DNA from: the human T2T-CHM13v2.0 reference genome, Homo sapiens
DNA length: 64,000 nucleotides
Assembly (NCBI RefSeq): GCF_009914755.1
Contig: NC_060940.1
Direction: 5' to 3' (one strand)
A program made the position numbers and the translations under genes. The first letter of the stretch is position 1. Each line of letters begins with the position of its first letter. Below the pieces are notes generated by a model, which ran no database searches, was not told the origin of the DNA, and worked only from the letters and a program-made list of their open reading frames with translations. Positions 14,976 through 28,937 of the stretch are shown here, in pieces.

Positions 14976-16917
14976 CCCTTTGATGATCATTCTATTTGAT
15001 TCAATTCGGTGATTTCATTTCATTCCATTCAGTGATGTTTCCATTCGACTGTATTCGATGATGATTCCATTCGACTCCATTCGATTATGATTTCATTCAA
15101 TTCCATTCAATAATGATTCCCTTCGAGTCCATTCGATGATTCCATTCGATTCCATTCAACGATGATTTGATTCGTTTCCATTCGATGATTCCATTTGATT
15201 CCACTTGATGATGATTCCATTCGAGTCTATTTATGTATTATATTCGTGTCCACTTCATGATTCCATTCAATTCCATTTAATGTTGATTCCATTTGATTCC
15301 ATTTGATGATTCAGTTCGATTCCTTGCAATGATTCCCTACGATTCCTTTCTCTGATGATTCCATTAGATTCCATTCATTGATGATTTCATTCGACTCCAT
15401 TCGATGATGATTCCTTTCGATTCCATTCGATGATGATTGGATTCGATTCCATTTGATTCCATTCGATAATGATTTCGATCAATTCCATTCGATGATTCCA
15501 TTCGATTCCATTCGATAATGATTACATCCGAGTCCATTCGATGATTCCATTTGAGCCCGTTCGATAATTCCATTTGAGTCCAATCAATGATTCCATTCAT
15601 TTCCATTCAATGATTCCATTCGAGTCCATTTGATCATTCCGGTAGGGTCCGTTCGATGTTGATTCCATTGGAGTGCATTCGATGATTCCATTCGAGTCCA
15701 TTTTAGGATTTGATTCGAGTCCTTTCGATGATTCCATTCGATTCCACTCGATGATTTCATTCGAGTCCATTCGACACTTCCAATCGATTCCATTTGATGT
15801 TTCCATTCGATTCCAATTGATGATTCCATTCAATTCCATTCGATGATGATTCCGTACGATTCCATTCTGTGATGATTCCATGTGATTGCAATCAATGATG
15901 ATTCCTTTCGATTGCATTCGATTATGATTCATTTCGTGTTCATTCTATGGTTCCACAGGTTTCCATTCGATGATGTTTCCATTCGTTTCCATTCCATTAT
16001 TAGATTCTATTCCATTTGAAGATGATTCCATTCGATTCCATTCATTGGTGATTCCACTCAATTCCATTCAATGATTCCATTCCATTTCTTTCAACAATGA
16101 TTCCATTAGTTTCTAATCGATGATCCACTTGATTCCATTTGACGATGATTCCATTCGTGTCTTTTCGATGATTCCATTTGATTCCATATGATGATGATTC
16201 CATTCGATTCCATACGATGATGATTCCATTCGAGTCCATTCAATGGTGATTCCATTCAATTCCATTCGATGATTCCTTTCGATTCCATTCAATGATGATG
16301 GCATTCGATTCCTTTCGATCATTCCCTTTGATTCCATTCAAATGTGATTTCATTCAAGTCCATTCGATAATTGCATTCGATTCCATTCTATGATGATTCC
16401 ATTCGAGTCCATTTGATGATTCCATTCAATTCAAGTCAATGATGATTCCATTCGATTCCACTCGATGATTCCATTGGATTCCATTCGATGATGATTCCAT
16501 TCAAATCCATTCGATAATTCAATTCAAGTCCATTCGATGATGATTCCAATCGAATCCATTCAAAGATTCCACTCAATTCCATTCGATGATGATTCCCTTA
16601 GATTCCATTCGATGATTCCACTTGATTCCATTTACGATGATTCCATTCGATTCCATGTGATGATTCCATTCAATTCTATTCAATGATGTTTCCACTTGAT
16701 TCCATTCGAACATGATTGCCTTTGATTCCATTCAATGATTCCATACGGTTCCATTTGATGATGATTCCATTCGAGTGCATTAGATGATTCCATTCGAGTC
16801 CATTCGATGATTCCATTCGATTCCATTCGATGTTGATTCTGTTCAAATCCATTCGATGATTCCACTCGATTCCATTCGATGACTCCATTTGATCCCATTC
16901 GATGATTTCCTTTGATT
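14976..16917 (+). repeat. HOR unit 4 (internally deleted and divergent, 1,942 bp, contains a non-canonical patch)
   Basis: Unit positions 1-~250, then ~190 bp not found in other units (15227-15415), then unit positions ~4540-6112 with 13-, 3- and 72-bp deletions and 16- and 3-bp insertions. Confidence 0.85.
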
Positions 16918-19900
16918 CCCTTTGATGATCATTCCATTTGATTCAATTCGGTGATTTCATTTGATTCCATTCAGTGATGTTTCCATTCAACTCCTTTCGA
17001 TGATGATTCCATTCGACTCCATTCGATTATGATTTCATTCAATTCCATTCGATAATGATTCCCTTCAAGTCCATTCGATGATTCCATTCGATTCCATTCA
17101 ACGATGATTTGATTCGTGTCCATTCGATGATTCCATTTGATTCCATTTGATGATGATTCCATTCGAGTCCCTTTCATGATTCCATTCAATTCCATTCTCC
17201 GATGATTTCTTTTGAGCCCATTCAATGCTTCCACTCGATTCCATATGATGATGACTCCATTTGATGAAATTCCATGATGATTCCATTCGCTTGCATTCGA
17301 TGATGATTCCACTTGAGTCCGTTAGAAGATTCTATTCAATTACATTCCATGACGATTCTGTTCGAGTCCATTTGATGATTCCATTAGACTCCATTCGACG
17401 ATGATTCCATTCGATGTTATTCGATGATGATTCCATTCAACTCCATTCGATGTTTCCATTCGAGTTCATTCTATTATTCCATTAGATTCCATTCGATGAT
17501 GATTCCATTCGATTCCATTTGATGATTGCATTCTATTTCATTTGATGATGATTCCATTCGAGTCCATTCGATGATTCCATTCGAGTCCATTTAATGAATC
17601 CATTGGTTTCAATTCTATGATGATTACATTGGATTCCATACGTTGATGACTTCATTCGATTCCATTCAATGATGATTCCATTCAATTCCATTCAATGATT
17701 CCATTCAATTCCATACGATGATGATTCCATTTGATTTGATTCGACAGTGAGCCATTCGATTCAATTCCATGATGATTCTATTTGATTCAATTGGTTGACA
17801 TTTCCATTCGATTCCATTCGATGATGATTACATTTGATTCCATTCAAAGATGATTCCATTCTAGCCCATTCAATCATTCCATTCGATTCTATTCAATGAT
17901 GATTCCATTCATGTCGATTTGGTGATTCCATTTGACTTCATTTGATGATGATTCCTTTCAAGTTCATTAGAAGATTCCATTCGATTCCATTTGATGATGA
18001 TCCCATTCGAGTCCATTCAGTGATTCCACTCGTTTCCATTCCATGATGATTCCATTCCATTCCATTCAATGATTCCATTCGATTCCGTTTGATGATGATT
18101 TCATTCGAGTCCATTTGATGATTCCATTTGATTCCATTCGATGATGATTACATTCGAGTCCATACGATGATTCCACTCAATTCCATATGATGATGATTCC
18201 ATTCGATTCCATTCGATGATTCCATTCTATTCTATTCAATGGTGATTCCATTCGAGTACATTAGATGATTCCATTCGATTCCATTCAATGATGATTCTAT
18301 TTGTGTCCCTTAGATGGTTCCACATGATTCCATTTCATGATGATATTATTTGAGCCCATCCAATGATTCCCTTCGATTCTATTCGATGAGGATTCCATTC
18401 GATTCAATTCATTGGTGATTCTATTCAATTCAATTCTTTGATTCCATTCCATTCCATTCGACAATGATTCCATTCGATTTCTTTCGATGATTCCACTCGA
18501 TTCCACTTGACATTGATTCCATTCGATTCCATTCAATGATTCCGTTTGATTCCAGTGGATGATGATTGCCATCGATTCCATTCGATCACTCCATTCTATT
18601 CCATTTGATGATGATTACATTCGATTCCATTTGATGATTCCATCTGATTCTATTCGAGGATTCCATTTGATTCCATTCGATGATGATTCCATTCGAGTGC
18701 ATTCGATGATTTCATTCGAGTACATCCAATGATTCCATTCGAGTCCATTTGATGATTCCATTTAATTCCATTTGATTATGATTCTACTAGAGTCCATTCA
18801 ATGACTCCATTCGAGTCCATTCAACAATTCCATTCGAGGCCATTCGATGATTCCATTTCATGATTCCATTCGAGTCCATTTAATCATTACAGTCGAGTCC
18901 ATTTGGTGATTCCACTGGATTTCTTTTGATAATGATACCATTCAATTACATTTGATGATGATCCCATTCAATTTCATTTGATGGTGATTCCATTAGAGTC
19001 CATTCGATGATTTCATTCGAGTCCCTTCATTGATTCCATCCGATTTCATTTGATGATGACTCCATTCGAGTCCATTCGATGATTCCACTCGATTCCTTTA
19101 GATGATTTCATTGGAGTCCATTTGATTGTTCCATTCGATTCTATTCGATTCCTTTCGAAGATTATTCCGTTTGAGTCCATTCGATGATGATTCCATTCCA
19201 TTCCATTCGATGATTCCGTTTGATTCCATTCGATGATTCCCTTCGATTCCTTTCTTTGATGATTCCATTCCATTCCATTCAATGATTCCATTCGAATCTA
19301 TTCCATGATGATTCCTTTCGATTCCATTCGCTGATGTTTCCGTTCAATTCCATTCGATGATGATTCCATTCGATTCCATTCATTGAGGATTCCATTTGAT
19401 TCCATTCAATGATGATTCCATTCTATTCCATTCAATGATTGCATTCAATTCCATTCAATGATTATCCCATTAGAGTAAACTCAACGATTCCATTCAATAC
19501 CATTCGATGATGATTCCTTTTGAGTCCATTCAATGATTTCATTCAAGTCCATTTGATGATTCCTTTCAATTCCATTCTATGATGATTCCATTCGAGTCCA
19601 TTCGATGATTCCATTCAATTGCATTTGATGATTCCATTATATTCCATTCAACGGTGATTCCATTCGAGTCCATTCCATGATTCCATTAGAGTACATTTAA
19701 TGATTGCTTTGTTTTCAATTCGAAGATGATTACATTGGATTCCATTCTATGATACCATTCGATTCCATTCAATGATGATTCCACTCAAATCCATTGGATG
19801 ATTCCATTCGTGTCCATTCGGTGATTTCATTAGATTCCATTCGAGGATGATTCCATTCGATTCCATTCGATGATTCCATTCAATTCCATTCGATGATGAT

Positions 19901-22825
19901 TCCATTCCAGTCCATATGATCATTCCATTTGATTTCATTCGATGATGATTCCATTCGATTCCATTCGATGATTCCATTCTATTCCATTCGATGATGATTC
20001 CATTCGAGTCCATTCGATGATTCCATTCGAGTCCATTTAATGATTCCATTGGGTTCAATTCAATGATGATTACATTGGATTCCGTTCTATGATTCCATTC
20101 AATTCCGTTCATTGACAATTTGATTCCATTCGATGATGATTCCATTTGAGTTCATTCGATGATTCTATTCGATTCTCTTCGATGGTGATTCAATTCTATT
20201 ATATTGGATGATTCCATTCGATTCCATTTGATGTTGATTCAATTCGATTCTATTCGATGATGATTCCATTGGATTTCACTTGATGATTCTATTCGATTCC
20301 ATTCAATGATGATTCACTTCTCGTCCATTGGATGATTCCATTTCATTCCATTCGATGATGATTCCATTCGATTCCATTCGATGATTCCATTTGATTCCAT
20401 GCGACGGTGAGCAATTCGATTCAATTCCATGATGATTCTATTTGATTCAATTAGATGATGTTTCCATTCGAATCCATTCCATGATTATTCCATTGGAATC
20501 CATTCGGCGATGATTCCATATGAGTCAATTCAATGATGATTCCATATGGGTCCGTTCGATGATAATTCCATTTGATTTCATTCGATGCTTCTATTCAATT
20601 CCAGTCGATGATGATTCCGTTGGAGTCCATACGATGATTCCATTTGATTTCATTTGATGATGATTCCATTCGATGATGATTACATTGGATTCCATTCTAT
20701 GATTCCATTCAATTCCATTCGTTGATGATTCGATTCCATTCAATGATGATTCCATTTGAGTTCATTCGATGATTCTATTCGATTCCGTTCGATGGTGATT
20801 CAATTCTCTTATATTGGATGATTCCACTCGATTCCATTTGATGATAATTCCATTGGAGTCCACTTAGTGAATCCTTTAGATTCTACTCGAAGATGATTCC
20901 ATTCGAGTCCATTCGATGATACCATTCAATTCCATTCGTTGATGCTTCCATTCAAGTGCATTCGATGATATCATTCGGTTCCATTTGATGATAATTCCAT
21001 TTGATACCATGCGATGATTCTATTCGATTCCATTCAATGATAATTCCATTCAATTCAGTGATTCCTCTGGACTCCATTTGATGATGATTCCATTCAATGA
21101 TTCCATTCGATTCTATTCCAAAATGATTCCATTTGAATCCATTTGATGATGATTCCATTAGATTCCATTTGATGATTCCATTCGATTCCATTTGACGATG
21201 ATTCCATTCGATTCCATTTGATGATTCCATTCTATTCTATTCGATGATGATTCCATTCGATTCCATTCGATGATGATTGGATTCGATTCCATTTGATGAT
21301 TTCATTTGATTCCATTCGTTAATGATTTCGATCAATTCCATTCGATGATTCCATTCGATTCGATTCGATAATGATTACATCCGAGTCCATTCGGTGATTC
21401 CATTTGAGCCTGTTCGATAATTCCATTTGAGTCCAACCAATGATTCCATTCATTTCCATTCAATGATTCCGTTCGAGTCCATTTGATCATTCCGGTATTG
21501 TCCATTCGATGTTGATTCCATTGGAGTGCATTCGATGATTCCATTCGAGTCCATTTTATGATTTGATTCGAGTCCTTTCGATGATTCCATTCGATTCCAC
21601 TCGATGATGATTTCATTCGAGTCCATTCGACACTTCCAATCGATTCCATTTGATGTTTCCATTCGAGTCCAATTGATGATTCCATTCAATTCCATTCGAT
21701 GATGATTCCGTACGATTCCATTCTGTGATGATTCCATGTGATTGCATTCAATGATGATTCCTTTCGATTGCATTCGATTATGATTCATTTCGTGTTCATT
21801 CTATGGTTCCACAGGTTTCCATTCGTGTCCATTCCATTATTCCATTCTATTCCATTTGATGATGATTCCATTCGATTCCATTCATTGGTGATTCCACTCA
21901 ATTCCATTCAATGATTCCATTCCATTTCTTTCAACAATGATTCCATTAGTTTCTAATCGATGATCCACTTAATTCCATTTGACGACGATTCCATTCTTGT
22001 CCATTCGATGATTCCATTTGATTGCATATGATGATGATTCCATTCGATTCCATACGATGATGATTCCATTCGAGTCCATTCAATGGTGATTCCATTCAAT
22101 TCCATTCGATGATTCCTTTCGATTCCATTCGATGATGATGGCATTCAATTCTTTCAATCATTCCCTTTGATTCCATTCAAAGGTGATTTCATTCAAGTCC
22201 ATTCGATAATTGCATTCGATTCCATTCTATGATGATTCCATTCGAGTCCATTTGATGATTCCATTCAATTCAAGTCAATGATGATTCCATTCGATTCCAT
22301 TCGATGATTCCATTGGATTCCATTCGATGATGATTCCATTCAAATCCATTCGATAATTCAATTCAAGTCCATTCGATGATGATTAAAATCGAATCCATTC
22401 AAAGATTCCATTCAGTTCCATTCGATGATTCCCTTAGATTCCATTCGATGATTCCACTTGATTCCATTTACGATGATTCCATTCGATTCCATGTGATGAT
22501 TCCATTCAATTCTATTCAATGCTGTTTCCATTTGATTCCATTCGACCATGATTGCCTTTGATTCCATTCAATGACTCCATTCGGTTCCTTTTGATGATGA
22601 TTCCGTTCGATTCCATTTCATTATTCCATTTGATTCCATTGGATGAGTCCATTCGATTACATTCGATGATTATTCCATTCGAGTGCATTAGATGATTCCA
22701 TTCGAGTCCATTCGATGATTCCATTCGATTCCATTCGATGTTGATTCTGTTCAAATCCATTCGATGATTCCACTCGATTCCATTCGATGACTCCAGTTGA
22801 TCCCATTCGATGATTTCCTTTGATT
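16918..22825 (+). repeat. HOR unit 5 (5,908 bp; deletions of 23, 170, 10 and 1 bp)
   Basis: Offsets to unit 1 go 16917->16724->16714->16713. Deletions lie at ~17425, ~18145, ~18855 and ~22150. Confidence 0.88.
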
Positions 22826-25800
22826 CCCTTTGATGATCATTCCATTTGATTCAATTCGGTGATTTCATTTGATTCCATTCAGTGATGTTTCCATTCGACT
22901 CCATTCGATGATGATTCCATTCGACTCCATTCGATTATGATTTCATTCAATTCCATTCGATAATGATTCCCTTCGAGTCCATTCGATGATTCCATTCGAT
23001 TCCATTCAACGATGATTTGATTCGTGTCCATTCGATGATTCCATTTGATTCCACTTGATGATGATTCCATTCGAGTCCATTTGATGATTCCATTCAATTC
23101 CATTCTCCGATGATTTCTTTTGAGCCCACTCAATGCTTCCACTCGATTCCATATGATGATGACTCCATTCGATGAAATTCGATGATGATTCCATTCGCTT
23201 GCATTCGATGATGATTCCACTTGAGTCCCTTAGAAGATTCTATTCAATTACATTCCATGACGATTCCGTTCGAGTCCAATTGATGATTCCATTAGACTCC
23301 ATTTGACGATGATTCCATTCGATGTTATTCGATGATTCCATTCGATCTCATTCGATGATGATTCCATTCAACTCCATTCGATGTTTCCATTCGAGTTCAT
23401 TCTATTATTCCATTAGATTCCATTCGATGATGATTCCATTCGATTCCATTTGATGATTGCATTCTATTTCATTTGATGATGATTCCATTCGAGTCCACTC
23501 GATGATTCCATTCGAGTCCATTTAATGAATCCATTGGTTTCAATTCTATGATGATTACATTGGATTCCATTCGTTGATGATTTCATTCGGTTCCATTCAA
23601 TGATGATTCCATTCAATTCCTTTCAATGTTTCCATTCAATTCCATACGATGATGATTCCATTTGATTTGATTCGACAGTGAGCCATTCGATTCAATTCCA
23701 TGATGATTCTATTTGATTCCATTGGTTGACATTTCCATTCGATTCCATTCGATGATGATTCCCTTTGATTCCATTCAAAGATGATTCCATTCTAGCCCAT
23801 TCAATCATTCCATTCGATTCTATTCAATGATGATTCCATTCATGTCGATTTGGTGATTCCATTTGACTTCATTTGATGATGATTCCTTTCAAGTTCATTA
23901 GATGATTCCATTCGATTCCATTTGATGATGATCCCATTCGAGTCCATTCAGTGATTCCACTCGTTTCCATTCCATGGTGATTCCATTCCATTCCATTCAA
24001 TGATTCCATTCGATTCCGTTTGATGATGATTTCATTCGAGTCCATTTGATGATTCCATTTGATTCCATTCGATGATGATTCCATTCGAGTCCATTCGATG
24101 ATTCTATTCGAATCCATTTGATGATTTCTTTTGATTATAGTTGGTGATGATTCCATTGGAGTCCATTCAATGATTCCATTCGATTCCAATCGATGGTGAT
24201 TCCATTAGAGTCCATTTAACGATTCCATTGGATTCCAGTCTCTGATGATTACATTCGAGTCCATACGACGATTCCACTCAATTCCATATGATGATGATTC
24301 CATTCGATTCCATTCGATGATTCCATTCTATTCTATTCAATGGTGATTCCGTTCGAGTACATTAGATGATTCCATTCGATTCCATTCAATGATGATTCTA
24401 TTTGTGTCCCTTAGATGATTCCACATGATTCCATTAGATGATGATACTATTTGAGCCCATCCAATGATTCCCTTCGATTCCATTCGATGAGGATTCCATT
24501 CGATTCAATTCATTGGTGATTCTATTCAATTCAATTCTTTGATTCCATTCCATTCCATTCGACAATGATTCCATTCGATTTCTTTCGATGATTCCACTCG
24601 ATTCCACTTGACATTGATTCCCTTCGATTCCATTCAATGATTCCATTTGATTCCAGTGGATGATGATTGCCATCGATTCCATTCGATCACTCCATTCTAT
24701 TCCATTTGATGATGATTACATTCGATTCCATTTGACGATTCCATCTGATTCTATTCGAGGATTCCATTTGATTCCATTCGATGATGATTCCATTCGAGTC
24801 CATTCGATGATTTCATTCGAGTACATCCAATGATTCCATTCGAGTCCATTTGATGATTCCATTTGATTCCATTTGATAATGATTCTACTAGAGTCCATTC
24901 AATGACTCCATTCGAGTCCATTCAACAATTCCATTCGACTCCATTTGATGATTCCATTCGATTCCATTTGATGATTCCATTCGAGTCCATTTAATCATTA
25001 CAGTCGAGTCCATTTGGTGATTCCACCGGATTTCTTTTGATAATGATACCATTCAATTACATTTGATGATGATCCCATTCAATTTCATTTGATGGTGATT
25101 CCATTAGAGTCCATTCGATGATTTCATTCGAGTCCCTTCATTGATTCCATCCGATTTCATTGGATGATGACTCCATTCGAGTCCATTCGATGATTCCACT
25201 CGATTCCATTAGATGATTCCATTGGAGTCCATTTGATTGTTCCATTCGATTCCATTCGATTCCTTTCGAAGATTATTCCATTTGAGTCCATTCGATGATG
25301 ATTCCATTCCATTCCATTCGATGATTCCGTTTGATTCCATTCGATGATTCCCTTCGATTCCTTTCTTTGATGATTCCATTCCATTCCATTCAATGATTCC
25401 ATTCGAATCTATTCCATGATGATTCCTTTCGATTCTATTCGCTGATGTTTCCTTTCAATTCCATTCGATGATGATTCCATTCGATTCCATTCATTGAGGA
25501 TTCCATTTGATTCCATTCAATGATGATTCCGTTCTATTCCATTCAATGATTGCATTCAATTCCATTCAATGATTATCCCATTAGAGTAAACTCAACGATT
25601 CCATTCAATACCATTCGATGATGATTCCTTTTGTGTCCATTCAATGATTTCATTCAAGTCCATTTGATGATTCCTTTCAATTCCATTCTATGATGATTCC
25701 ATTCGAGTCCATTCGATGATTCCATTCGATTGCATTCGATGATTCCATTATATTCCAGTCAACGATGATTCCATTCGAGTCCATTCGATGATTCCATTAG

Positions 25801-28800
25801 AGTACAGTTAATGATTGCTTTGTTTTCAATTCGAAGATGATTACATTGGATTCCATTCTATGATACCATTCGATTCCATTCAATGATGATTCCACTCAAA
25901 TCCATTGGATGATTCCATTCGTGTCCATTCGGTGATTTCATTAGATTCCATTCGAGGATGATTCCATTCGATTCCATTCGATGATTCCATTCAATTCCAT
26001 TCGATGATGATTCCATTCCAGTCCATATGATCATTCCATTTGATTTCATTCGATGATGATTCCATTCGATTCCATTCGATGATTCCATTCTATTCCATTC
26101 GATGATGATTCCATTCGAGTCCATTCGATGATTCCATTCGAGTCCATTTAATGATTCCATTGGGTTCAATTCAATGATGATTACATTGGATTCCGTTCTA
26201 TGATTCCATTCAATTCCGTTCATTGACAATTTGATTCCATTCGATGATGATTCCATTTGAGTTCATTCGATGATTCTATTCGATTCTCTTCGATGGTGAT
26301 TCAATTCTATTATATTGGATGATTCCATTCGATTCCATTTGATGTTGATTCAATTCGATTCTATTCGATGATGATTCCATTGGATTTCACTTGATGATTC
26401 TATTCGATTCCATTCAATGATGATTCACTTCTCGTCCATTGGATGATTCCATTTCATTCCATTCGATGATGATTCCATTCGATTCCATTCGATGATTCCA
26501 TTTGATTCCATGCGACGGTGAGCAATTCGATTCAATTCCATGATGATTCTATTTGATTCAATTAGATGATGTTTCCATTCGAATCCATTCCATGATTATT
26601 CCATTGGAATCCATTTGGCGATGATTCCATATGAGTCAATTCAATGATGATTCCATATGGGTCCGTTCGATGATAATTCCATTTGATTTCATTCAATGCT
26701 TCTAATCTATTCCAGTCGATGATGATTCCGTTGGAGTCCATACGATGATTCCATTTGATTTCATTTGATGATGATTCCATTCGATGATGATTACATTGGA
26801 TTCCATTCTATGATTCCATTCAATTCCATTCGTTGATGATTCGATTCCATTCAATGATGAGTCCATTTGAGTTCATTCGATGATTCTATTCGATTCCGTT
26901 CGATGGTGATTCAATTCTATTATACTGGATGATTCCACTCGATTCCATTTGATGATTATTCCATTGGAGTCCACTTAGTGAATCCTTTAGATTCTACTCG
27001 AAGATGATTCCATTCGAGTCCATTCAATGATACCATTCAATTTCATTCGTTGATGCTTCCATTCAAGTGCATTCAATGATATCATTCGATTCCATTTGAT
27101 GATAATTCCATTTGATTCCATGCGATGATTCTATTCGATTCCATTCAATGATAATTCCATTCAATTCAGTGATTCCTCTGGACTCCATTTGATGATGATT
27201 CCATTCAATGATTCCATTCGATTCTATTCCAAAATGATTCCATTTGAATCCATTTGATGATGATTCCATTAGATTCCATTTGATGATTCCATTCGATTGC
27301 ATTTGACTATGATTCCATTCGATTCCATTTGATGATTCCATTCTATTCTATTCGATGATGATTCCATTCGATTCCATTTGATGATGATTGGATTCGATTC
27401 CATTTGATGATTTCATTTGATTCCATTCGTTAATGATTTCGATCAACTCCATTCGATGATTCCATTTGATTCCATTCGATAATGATTACATCCGAGTCCA
27501 TTCGATGATTCCATTTGAGCCCATTCGATAATTCCATTTGAGTCCAATCAATGATTCCATTCATTTCCATTCAATGATTCCATTCGAGTCCATTTGATCA
27601 TTCTGGTAGGGTCCGTTCGATGTTGATTCCATTGGAGTGCATTCGATGATTCCATTCGAGTCCATTTTATGATTTTATTCGAGTCCTTTCGATGATTCCA
27701 TTCGATTCCACTCGATGATGATTTCATTCGAGTCCATTCGACACTTCCAATCGATTCCATTTGATGTTTCCATTCGAGTCCAATTGATGATTCCATTCAA
27801 TTCCATTCGATGATGATTCCGTACGATTCCATTCTGTGATGATTCCATGTGATTGCATTCAATGATGATTCCTTTCGATTGCATTCGATTATGATTCATT
27901 TCGTGTTCATTCTATGGTTCCACAGGTTTCCATTCGTGTCCATTCCATTATTCCATTCTATTCCATTTGATGATGATTCCATTCGATTCCATTCATTGGT
28001 GATTCCACTCAATTCCATTCAATGATTCCATTCCATTTCTTTCAACAATGATTCCATTAGTTTCTAATCGATGATCCACTTGATTCCATTTGACGATGAT
28101 TCCATTATTGTCCATTCGATGATTCCATTTGATTCCATATGATGATGATTCCATTCGATTCCATACGATGAGGATTCCATTCGAGTCCATTCAATGGTGA
28201 TTCCATTCAATTCCATTCGATGATTCCTTTCGATTCCATTCAATGATGATGGCATTCGATTCCTTTCAATCATTCCCTTTGATTCCATTCAAAGGTGATT
28301 TCATTCAAGTCCATTCGATAATTGCATTCGATTCCATTCTATGATGATTCCATTCGAGTCCATTTGATGATTCCATTCAATTCAAGTCAATGATGATTCC
28401 ATTCGATTCCATTCGATGATTCCATTGGATTCCATTCGATGATGATTCCATTCAAATCCATTCGATAATTCAATTCAAGTCCATTCGATGATGATTAAAA
28501 TCGAATCCATTCAAAGATTCCATTCAGTTCCATTCGATGATTCCCTTAGATTCCATTCGATGATTCCACTTGATTCCATTTACGATGATTCCATTCGATT
28601 CCATGTGATGATTCCATTCAATTCTATTCAATGCTGTTTCCATTTGATTCCATTCGACCATGATTGCCTTTGATTCCATTCAATGACTCCATTCGGTTCC
28701 TTTTGATGATGATTCCGTTCGATTCCATTTGATGATTCCATTTGATTCCATTGGATGAGTCCATTCGATTACATTCGATGATTATTCCATTCGAGTGCAT

Positions 28801-28937
28801 TAGATGATTCCATTCGAGTCCATTCGATGATTCCATTCGATTCCATTCGATGTTGATTCTGTTCAAATCCATTCGATGATTCCACTCGATTCCATTCGAT
28901 GACTCCAGTTGATCCCATTCGATGATTTCCTTTGATT
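22826..28937 (+). repeat. HOR unit 6 (full length, 6,112 bp; class B)
   Basis: Constant offset 22825 for the ORF landmarks (54->22879, 3033->25858, 5799->28624). Confidence 0.92.

Noticed and set aside
15227-15415. Possible mobile-element insertion
   Set aside because: There is no target-site duplication, poly(A) tail or terminal repeat. The patch is itself CATTC-derived and replaces unit sequence rather than interrupting it.
11113-28673. Plus-strand ORFs (11113-11325, 11739-11924, 22376-22561, 28488-28673)
   Set aside because: Chance open frames in the satellite (FHSIPFDD-type repeats), present only in some haplotype variants.
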